A stretch of 57,820 nt of DNA, taken from positions 1 through 57,820 of the forward strand of contig CAVYAN010000033.1 of assembly GCA_963766075.1 (NCBI GenBank), read 5' to 3'. Below the pieces are notes generated by a model that worked only from the letters and a program-made list of their open reading frames with translations, had not been told where the DNA came from and made no database searches. This DNA is from an uncultured cyanobacterium. GTDB lineage: Bacteria; Cyanobacteriota; Cyanobacteriia; Leptolyngbyales; Leptolyngbyaceae. The stretch's first letter is position 1; each line of letters begins with the position of its first letter. Shown here piece after piece: positions 1 through 8,054 of the stretch. The position numbers and the translations under genes are program-made.

Positions 1-1
1 C

Positions 2-484
2 GCCAATGCCCAGACCATCGGCGCGATCGCCCTCCGTCCTACAGGCATCCAACAGCAAAATCACATTGTCTGCCCCCGACTTCAACAGCGCTTCCCGCAC
101 AAAGTTCACCGGAATTGCCCGCTGGGTGTGGTCGGGCAGTCTGGGATTATAGTCCTGCGGCAGCAGATAGTCACAGTCTTGCATCCGCTTGCCGTGTCCC
201 GCAAAGAAAAACCAGCAGTTGTCCCCCGCGCTGAGGGGCGGCGTTTGGGTGGTGAAGCGATCGTGGAGGAAATCCACCAAGTCGCTGTGGCGCGGTTGCG
301 TAGACTTTTGGTCGTGTTCTGGGGAAAGTTGCAGCCCATCGGCAAAGCAAAACACGCGATCGAACTTTGCCTCCTGGAAAAAGGCCCGCAGAGCGGCGGC
401 ATCGCGATTGGCATAGCGCAGTTGCCCAATGTTTTCGTAAGCGTTGATGCCCACGACGATCGCCCAGTTTTTTGCTTTGACCAT
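2..484 (-). CDS. Caspase-family (peptidase C14, metacaspase/orthocaspase-like) protein, N-terminal part; runs off the window
   Basis: Not in the ORF track because it has no stop in the window. Manual translation from ATG 484: MVKAKNWAIVVGINAYENIGQLRYANRDA...CWFFFAGHG...DYLLPQD...VILLLDACR. This shows the C14 N-terminal GIxxY/LxYAxxDA motif and an intact His (AGHG) / Cys (DACR) dyad. Confidence 0.9.
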   Translation of the reverse strand, partial: MVKAKNWAIVVGINAYENIGQLRYANRDAAALRAFFQEAKFDRVFCFADGLQLSPEHDQKSTQPRHSDLVDFLHDRFTTQTPPLSAGDNCWFFFAGHGKRMQDCDYLLPQDYNPRLPDHTQRAIPVNFVREALLKSGADNVILLLDACRTEGDRADGLGIG

Positions 485-518
485 AGCGGGTTAGCTATCT
501 CTAGAACACTTCAGACTT

Positions 519-553
519 CAGATCCCAGGGTTCTCCAAGAACCCTGGGATCTG
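519..553. repeat. 16-bp perfect inverted repeat (CAGATCCCAGGGTTCT-cca-AGAACCCTGGGATCTG)
   Basis: Read directly. It lies between the Pepco-like gene and the caspase gene. Confidence 0.85.
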
Positions 554-555
554 GC

Positions 556-921
556 TCACTGGGGAGCTTTGAACTTGAGCGTCATCGCACCCTTGGCACC
601 CGCCTTGCCACCCGTTCCCAAAAGGCTCAACTGCCCTTCGCCATTCACTTCCACGGAAAGCTCAATTTCATCCAACGTCATGCCAGCCAGCTCATGCGTG
701 TTCTGCTTCACGTGTTGCAACACCCGCCCCAACACTTGCACAAACTCGGTCACCCCCTGCTCCAATTTTTCCGCCGAAACCGGAATGCCTCTGCGAACCA
801 GCGATCGCCCAGTTTCATCAGCATCATAGGGATTGCCGCTGTATTGCCCACTGCGGCTACCATCCGAGTGGATGACGGCAGGTGTTTCATCCGTCACGAT
901 CCAAATCACATCACCCACCAT
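556..921 (-). CDS. Pepco/Trypco-like (peptidase co-occurring) small protein
   Basis: 121 aa. An amphipathic helix is followed by LDEIELSVEVNGEGQLSLLGTGGKAGAKGAMTLKF, the beta-hairpin pattern of Trypco/Pepco domains. It lies immediately upstream of, and co-oriented with, a caspase gene. Confidence 0.7.
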   Translation of the reverse strand: MVGDVIWIVTDETPAVIHSDGSRSGQYSGNPYDADETGRSLVRRGIPVSAEKLEQGVTEFVQVLGRVLQHVKQNTHELAGMTLDEIELSVEVNGEGQLSLLGTGGKAGAKGAMTLKFKAPQ

Positions 922-1013
922 AATTGTTTACCAACGATCGATAAAAATTTTCACCATTATATCCTCTCGCCCTGGAGAAGGCTGGTAAGCGATCGCCAAT
1001 ATGCAAAAGGCTA

Positions 1014-1047
1014 AGATCCCTGGGATTTTTAAAAATTCCAGGGATCT
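1014..1047. repeat. Near-perfect palindrome AGATCCCTGGGATTTTT/AAAAATTCCAGGGATCT, related to the 519-553 element
   Basis: Read directly. One mismatch; same AGATCCC...GGGATCT ends. Confidence 0.8.
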
Positions 1048-1140
1048 GTGATGTTTAATTTTTAATTTCGCCCGATCGCACTCGCTACAATAGATCTGGC
1101 CTCAAAATCCTGGCCTCAACCCCTTGCACCGCTGGACCCT

Positions 1141-3057
1141 ATGAACGCGACAATCGATTTTTTGGATGCCTACGACGTAGTGGTCGTTGGGGCCGGACAT
1201 GCGGGTTGCGAAGCCGCCTTAGCGTCAGCGCGGTTGGGCTGTCGGACGTTATTGCTCACCCTCACCCTCGACAAAATTGCGTGGCAGCCCTGCAATCCGG
1301 CAGTAGGAGGACCAGCCAAATCCCAACTGGTGCACGAAATCGATGCCCTGGGGGGCGAAATCGGCAAGGTCAGCGATCGCACTTACCTGCAAAAGCGGGT
1401 GCTCAACGCCTCTCGCGGACCCGCCGTGTGGGCCTTGCGCGCCCAGACCGACAAGCGCGAATACGGCCACGTCATGAAAACCATCGTCGAGAATCAGGAA
1501 AATCTGACGATTCGAGAGGGCATGGTGACAGACCTGGTACTCGGTCCCAACCAGGAAGTTCTGGGCGTCGAGACCTATTTTGGCGTCGCCTTCCAGTGCA
1601 AAGCCGTGGTGCTAACCACGGGCACCTTTTTGGGCGGGCGCATTTGGGTCGGCAATAAGTCCATGGCTGCCGGACGGGCCGGAGAGTTTGCCGCCGTTGG
1701 CCTTACAGAAACCCTGAATCGCCTAGGATTTGAAACCGGACGCCTCAAAACTGGCACCCCCGCCCGCGTCGATCGCCGCTCCATTAACTTTGATGTGCTG
1801 GAACCCCAGCCCGGTGACCCCGACGTCCGCTGGTTCAGCTTTGACCCCACAGCCTGGGTCGAACGAGAGCAAATGCCCTGCCACCTCACGCGCACCACCC
1901 CCGAAACCCATCGCCTGATTCGCGAAAACCTGCACCTATCCCCCGTTTATGGCGGCTGGGTCGATTCCAAAGGTCCACGCTACTGTCCCAGCATTGAGGA
2001 CAAAATTGTTCGGTTTGCCGACAAGGACAGTCACCAAATCTTCCTGGAACCGGAAGGCCGCAATATTCCGGAAATATACGTGCAAGGCTTTTCCACGGGG
2101 CTACCAGAACCGTTGCAATTGGCCATGCTGCGGACGTTGCCCGGTCTGGAACACTGCACCATGCTGCGGCCTGCCTACGCGGTTGATTATGACTACTTGC
2201 CCGCTACCCAGTGTTATCCCACGCTGATGACCAAGGCGATCGCCGGTCTATTTTGCGCAGGCCAAATTAACGGGACTACGGGGTATGAGGAAGCGGCGGC
2301 CCAGGGCTTAGTCGCAGGCATTAACGCCGCTCGCCTGTGCCAGGGGAAAGAGTTGAACATTTTCCCTCGGGAACAGAGCTATCTTGGGACATTGATCGAT
2401 GACCTCTGTACCAAGGATCTGCGGGAGCCGTATCGCATGCTGACGTCACGATCGGAGTATCGGTTAATTTTGCGATCGGATAATGCGGACCAACGACTGA
2501 CCCCCCTGGGACGGGACATTGGTCTTGTGGACGATCGCCGCTGGCAACTCTTCCGCACCAAACAAGCAAACATCGCAGCAGAAAAAGAACGGCTCCACGA
2601 GACGCGCGTCAAACAGCACGAGGCTCTGGGCCAAGAAATCGTCAAAGAGACACAGCAGGCGATTAAAGGCTCGATTACCCTCGCCGACCTGTTGCGCCGT
2701 CCCGGACTGCATTATGTCGATCTGAATCGCTACGGTTTGGGCAATCCAGATCTGACCCCAGCCGAAACGGAAGGGGCCGAAATCAATATCAAGTATTCCG
2801 GTTACATCCAGCGCCAGCAACACCAGATTGAGCAGATCGCCCGTCAGGAAAACCGCCGCCTGCCGGTCAATTTGGATTACCACGCCATTGCCACCCTCTC
2901 CAAGGAAGCCCGAGAAAAACTGGCCAAGGTTCAACCCCTGACCATTGGCCAAGCCACGCGGATTGGCGGGGTCAATCCCGCCGACGTGAATGCCCTCTTG
3001 ATCTACCTGGAGGTGCAAGCGCGCCAATCCGCAGCGGTGGCGATCGCCCCTCACTAA
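1141..3057 (+). CDS. mnmG: tRNA uridine-5-carboxymethylaminomethyl(34) synthesis enzyme MnmG (GidA)
   Basis: 638 aa; [16 protein letters not shown] motif, [34 protein letters not shown]. Confidence 0.98.
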   Translation: MNATIDFLDAYDVVVVGAGHAGCEAALASARLGCRTLLLTLTLDKIAWQPCNPAVGGPAKSQLVHEIDALGGEIGKVSDRTYLQKRVLNASRGPAVWALRAQTDKREYGHVMKTIVENQENLTIREGMVTDLVLGPNQEVLGVETYFGVAFQCKAVVLTTGTFLGGRIWVGNKSMAAGRAGEFAAVGLTETLNRLGFETGRLKTGTPARVDRRSINFDVLEPQPGDPDVRWFSFDPTAWVEREQMPCHLTRTTPETHRLIRENLHLSPVYGGWVDSKGPRYCPSIEDKIVRFADKDSHQIFLEPEGRNIPEIYVQGFSTGLPEPLQLAMLRTLPGLEHCTMLRPAYAVDYDYLPATQCYPTLMTKAIAGLFCAGQINGTTGYEEAAAQGLVAGINAARLCQGKELNIFPREQSYLGTLIDDLCTKDLREPYRMLTSRSEYRLILRSDNADQRLTPLGRDIGLVDDRRWQLFRTKQANIAAEKERLHETRVKQHEALGQEIVKETQQAIKGSITLADLLRRPGLHYVDLNRYGLGNPDLTPAETEGAEINIKYSGYIQRQQHQIEQIARQENRRLPVNLDYHAIATLSKEAREKLAKVQPLTIGQATRIGGVNPADVNALLIYLEVQARQSAAVAIAPH

Positions 3058-3240
3058 AAATACCGGGGCAGCAGATGACGGCAGCAGATGACTCGGCCTC
3101 GCGGGGTGCCCTCATGTCAATTCTCTGGCGGCACCCTAGCTCGAGTTGTGATGAATTTCTATGTTGGAAAGAGTCCAAACACACTATTCTAAGGAGTGGA
3201 CTCATACCCCAGGAGCTAGATTCCTGAAAGCTTCGCGCCT

Positions 3241-3903
3241 ATGCCACTGACGATCCTAGTTGCCGATGACGATCTGGGCACTCGTCTTGCCATCAGTGAC
3301 TATTTAGAAGCTGCTGGTTACTCCACTGTGGTGGCCGAAAATGGCCAGGAAGCCCTCAACCTGGTGGAAACCCATCAGCCCCATTTGATCGTCACCGACA
3401 TTACGATGCCCCAAATGGATGGCTATGAATTGGTCCGGCACCTGCGCCAGCGTCCCGGCTTGCGGCTCCTGCCGGTGGTTTTTCTAACCGGACGGACAGA
3501 AACTCAAGAACGGATTCGGGGCTATCAGGTCGGCGGCGATGTGTACTTAGAAAAACCGTTTGAGCTGGGTGAATTAGGCGCAGTCGTGCGCAATTTGTTA
3601 GAGCGCCTGCAAATGATTGAGGCGGAATGGCGATCGCGCAGCCTGCAAGACACGGTTTCTTCGCCCAAGGGTACGAAACAGCAGGCCGGGGAGGCCGTGC
3701 TGGCTGCCTTACATTTGACCGATCGCGAATTGGACGTGTTGAAAGTCCTCTCCGAAGGCTTATCTAACATGCAAATCGGCGATCGGCTTCATCTCAGTCC
3801 CCGCACCGTCGAAAAATACGTCAGCAGTCTCCTCCGTAAAACCGACACGACCAATCGGTCAGAGCTGGTCCGCTTTGCTATGGAGAATGGGGTCGTTGAG
3901 TAG
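3241..3903 (+). CDS. NarL/LuxR-family response regulator
   Basis: REC domain (VADDD, TDITMP, EKPF) plus LuxR HTH (LTDRELDVL...LSPRTVEKYVSSLLRK). Confidence 0.92.
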   Translation: MPLTILVADDDLGTRLAISDYLEAAGYSTVVAENGQEALNLVETHQPHLIVTDITMPQMDGYELVRHLRQRPGLRLLPVVFLTGRTETQERIRGYQVGGDVYLEKPFELGELGAVVRNLLERLQMIEAEWRSRSLQDTVSSPKGTKQQAGEAVLAALHLTDRELDVLKVLSEGLSNMQIGDRLHLSPRTVEKYVSSLLRKTDTTNRSELVRFAMENGVVE

Positions 3904-3906
3904 GAT

Positions 3907-6703
3907 CTAGAGCCAATTCCCCACCAAAATAAACGCCGCCCAATAGTTGGGATGGTCCCCCGGATGCTGCTGGAGCCACTGGGTTTGGGCGAGTTGGAGA
4001 GCCTTCGCTCGGCTATAACCCTGGCGGAGGGCCTGGTAAAAATCGGCAATCAGGGCAGAGGTGGCTTGGTCGTCGATTTGCCACAGGGAGGCCAACGCAC
4101 TGCGAGCCCCCGCCTGCAGGGCGATCCCCGCCAGTCCTAAGGCGTCGCGATCGCTGCCCACCGCCGTCTCGCAGGCACTGAGGGTCAGCAGTTCCACCGG
4201 GTTGCCCGGTGGCCGTTGCCGAATCATGGCGTAAAGCTGGTTCATCGTTAGCTTTTCGTTATAAAGCCTGACAGGATCGGGTATGGACCGGGGTTCAGAG
4301 CGGCCTACCTCTGCGTTGGCCCGAGAGGGTGGGGCCAAGGGGGCAAGCTTGCCCGTGACCAAAAACGTGTCACGAGAGTCAATGCCAAATTTGCCGTGGG
4401 TGGCGAGGTGGATAATCGGGGTGTTGGCTTGTTGCAGTTCCTGTTGCAGGCGATCGCGGGTGAATTCGCGATCGAGTAGCCCCGTACTGCCCGGAATCGT
4501 GGTGATAATTTGCTGAATTTCAGTCGCAACGTTCTTCAGCCCTGCAAAGGCCAGATCGCCCTCGATCTGCGCCGGTTGGGTCAGGCCAAAAGCCACCACG
4601 CGCAAATTTTGCCGATCCAGCCGGGTCGGGTCCACCAGCGTCAGACTGAGCGTATTGGCGATGGCATAGTGTTCGATTAAAAACTGTTGACCGTCGTACA
4701 GGGCCGCCATGGGAATGCTGCGCAGGATCCCATCCTGAATGAACACCAGGGTATCGATGGGGGCTAGGTCTGAGGCGAAAGGGCGAATTAACCAGTCATA
4801 CAATTGCTGCGCGGGCTGACGATAGCTCCGGGTCAGATCGGAACGCCTTTCCAACTGCTGACGCAGACGGTTGACTGTGGCAGTTAACACCTGGGGGGTG
4901 ACGGGCAACCAGTGCATTTGGGAGCGGACATGATTAGGACCGTCGGGGCGGGTGAGGATCAGAGCCACGCGATCGCCCAACAGGATAGAACTCAGTACGG
5001 CGGTTTTTTGATCAATCAAGGCGATTGGTTTGGCGATCGGCTCCAAGGTGCAGTCATCGCCCAGATAGTTCTGCAATTCCGCTAGGTGCAAACTATCAAT
5101 GGTCTCCAGGGCCGAAGTCACCAAGGCCGAGCCCTCGATGTCAGGGTCTACCGCCATCCGGTCAGTGGCGAGGCGAGGGTCTGGGGTCGGCGGCGTTGTG
5201 GCTTGGCTGAGCTGTAAGGTCGCAAATTCGCGGTAGATAGGTTCAACACTGTCTCGAAAGTCGAATTGAAAGTCTCGCCCGGAAATCGCCAAATCACTGC
5301 GAATTCCCTTGAGCACATCCACCGCCATCTTGTAGGTGGCCAAGGCTGCCGTGAGGTTGCCTTGGGCTTGGAAAATTCGCGCTGCTTGCCAATACCACAG
5401 ATAGCGGCTGTCTTGAGTTTGCCCCGCCAGTTGTGCCTGCTGGGTCCACTGTAGGGCGGTGGGATAGTTCTGTTGGCATTCGTAGGCGTGGCCCAAACGC
5501 CCCAGAGTGAGGGCGATCATAGCGGAATTCCCTAGCCTCAGGGCGAGGGAATGGGCGGCATTCAGCAGGTCCAGCGTTGACGGCGGTGGCGGCGTGGGGG
5601 GACAACGGGTGGTCCAATCCCAGTCGAGATCGCTCTCTGGGGTAAGCTGGGCCATAGCGGCCAACTGCAACAAAGCGTGGACCTTGGCTTGGGAAGGGGA
5701 TAGGCGTTGGATTTGCTGCCGCAAGTCCAGAAAGTCTGGCGGCAAAGCAGATGGCAGCGTTGGCGGCAAGCGGCCTGGAGTCGATAACGTTGCCCCATTG
5801 ACACGGGCATTGCGGTAGTAAAGGGGAATCAAATTCAGGCGAGCCTGGATTTGATTAGGCCAATCCTGATGGTTGTTTGCCAGTTGCCAGCTCTGCTCAA
5901 AGGCATCCACGGCAAGGCGATCATAGTGGCTGGCGCTTTGGCGGAATTGCTGGGCCTGTCCATCTCCGGTTTGGCCGGCAAATTGGGCGTAGCGATATTC
6001 CCGTTGGGCCAGACTGGCATAGGTGCTGCCTAAGCCTTGAAGTGCCGCGATCTGGGCCGTGGGTAGTCTTTCGGCTGTCGCTAGAGCCAAACTTTGTTCT
6101 AACAGTACCCGTGCTCCCTCATAGCGTCCTTGTAGCCGATAGCTATTGCCGAGAGCACCCAAAGCGGCAATTTGGCCTTGTTTGTCTTGGGTGTGTTGGG
6201 CGATCGCTCAGGGCGCTGTCTCCTGCGCAGGTTTCCGCCATCGTGGCCGAATTGCGCGGTGGAGCCGTGGGCGGGCAGAGCAGGGCGATCGCGCGATTTT
6301 GCTGGCCCAAGACGCTATAGACTTGGGCCGTTTCTGTTAATATCCGCCCCATCTGGAGACGATCGCCCTGCTGTTGATAAATCGTTTGTAGCCGATTCAG
6401 CGGGGCGATCGTCAGGTCCCATTGTCCAAGCTGCTGCTGGGCCCGGACCAGATATTTTAAGGTGGCGATCGTGACGGGCGTGGTCGTGGCGTTTCCTAGC
6501 GCTGGGCTTCGCTGCCAAATTTGGATCGCCGCCTGAAACTCCCCCCGTTGATACTGCTGAAGTCCTTGGTCCAACCAAAGGCTATCCCCTTTGCCAGATT
6601 CTTGGGCAGCCGTAACCACGCTACAAGCTAGCCACATCCCTAGGACTAGGATGACTAAACACAGTCGATACAATAATTTACGGTTTAACAGTGTCTTAGC
6701 CAT
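3907..6703 (-). CDS. Secreted TPR + CHAT (caspase-HetF clan) domain protein; one frameshift near 6208
   Basis: ORFs 6143-6703 and 3907-6162 join if one base at ~6208 is removed (SAL-AIAQHTQDKQGQIAALGALGN). N-terminal signal-like hydrophobic segment, TPR repeats, and CHAT motifs IHLATHG, LTLSACETA, ASLWQIDD, HPNYWAAFILVGNWL. Confidence 0.9.
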
Positions 6704-7319
6704 CGCTATTAGCTACTCATAAAGTGGGTTAATCTACCCATTTGCCTTAATTTCTGCACCCTGTGTAATCTGATTTCTACATCATGGTTAATCCAACTCA
6801 GCGATGCCTAGAAAAGAACTGAGTGCGCTGTGCGGGTAGCTTTGCAGATCTAGATATTAGTCAGGGTTTAGTACATTATTTCGCACGGTAATAGAGCTTT
6901 TCTACATCAATTCTTCATCTCTATGTTTTTTCCAAACTTGGTACCTCAACTTCCGTGAGTTTGCATGCAAACCCGGTTTTGATTTAATACCCTAGAACAG
7001 GATGTGATAAATCCCCTGATTGTAGTTTGTGCCCCCAATTCTTTTCAGGTATTCATTATGGTTCTAATCCGCCGTATCTCTGCGGCTACTGCTCCACCGA
7101 CCGTTGTTTCTGCCACAGCCTTGCATCACTGCCCCAATCCGCGAACAGGGCACATGCGCTTTCAAGCCCTGTGCTTTCAGTTTCTTCGGGCTCAGACCAT
7201 GGGAAACACCCAGTCCTCAACTCTCGCTCCGCTGTTCTATGCGTCCTCTCTTTTTGCCAGTCGCTTGGACAATAGCCAGCACATGCAGGGATCGTTGCAG
7301 TTAGCAGGAGGATGAGGGT

Positions 7320-7553
7320 GTGATTCACGAATATTCGACCGTGGCGCAGGCACAACCTTCGCCAAGTCCTGTTTCCCCAGGCGGGCAAACCCCGTCCACT
7401 GACCTAGTGATGGGCCTGTTTGTGGTGATGCTTCCTCTCGTTTTAGTGGGCGGCATTGTGCTACGGCGGCGGCATCGTGCAGCCCAGTTGCAACGCTGTA
7501 TTGCCCATTTGGAGCGATCCTGGAAACGCCTCCCCCACAATTATCGTAAGTAA
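7320..7553 (+). CDS. Small single-pass membrane protein (hypothetical)
   Basis: 77 aa from GTG with upstream GGAGG/GAGG; one hydrophobic helix followed by RRRHR and an amphipathic LERSW segment. Confidence 0.55.
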   Translation: MIHEYSTVAQAQPSPSPVSPGGQTPSTDLVMGLFVVMLPLVLVGGIVLRRRHRAAQLQRCIAHLERSWKRLPHNYRK

Positions 7554-7590
7554 ATCGTCGGTAGATCGAAAGTAGTCATAGCAGACTATT

Positions 7591-7785
7591 TAAGGAAATT
7601 TCTATGAAAGAATCTACCGACCCAGATTGCTCCCTGAGCGGAGTCGAAGGGAGTAATCTGCCGCTGGCTTTGACTCTGCTCAGGGAGTAATCTGCTGCTG
7701 GCTACCCTGAGGGAAGCGGACTACGACTTCGCTCAGCCAGCGGATCTATGACCCAGTGGGTATATTATTTCTTGAGAATCGCCTA
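7591..7785. repeat. MITE/REP-like composite palindromic element, copy 1
   Basis: Contains TCCCTGAGCGGAGTCGAAGGGA and GCTGGCTACCCTGAGGGAAGCGGACTACGACTTCGCTCAGCCAG. Imperfect terminal inverted repeats are shared with 34475-34616. Confidence 0.75.
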
Positions 7786-7797
7786 AATCAAACGAAT

Positions 7798-7827
7798 CAA
7801 AAAAGCTGCGCAGGCGCAGCTTTTTTG
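7798..7827. terminator. Rho-independent terminator-like hairpin (bidirectional)
   Basis: CAAAAAAGCTGCGC-AG-GCGCAGCTTTTTTG. Confidence 0.7.
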
Positions 7828-7891
7828 GTTTTGTACGGCATTTTTTAATTCAGGCTGGCAGCGATCGCGCGAACAGATGCAAGCTCAAAGA

Positions 7892-7931
7892 CAGCCACTC
7901 AAGAGCAGCCACTCAAAGGCAGCCACTCCAA
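7892..7931 (+). repeat. Three tandem CAGCCACTC units, 14-bp period, upstream of the FHA gene
   Basis: cagccactcaagag cagccactcaaagg cagccactcca. Confidence 0.7.
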
Positions 7932-8054
7932 AGGTGGAGATGGCAGGTTGAAATCTCTGCAGGGAAGGCAATTTGCCCGGTACAGAATCGCTGCTTCCAT
8001 CGGTCTGCGCTAGTTTATCCTGGGGATGAGCACGGCAATCAAAGTAGGGGAAGC

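Noticed and set aside
128..829. 233-aa plus-strand ORF and 106-429 minus-strand ORF
   Set aside because: Shadows of the real minus-strand caspase and Pepco-like genes; no recognisable motifs.
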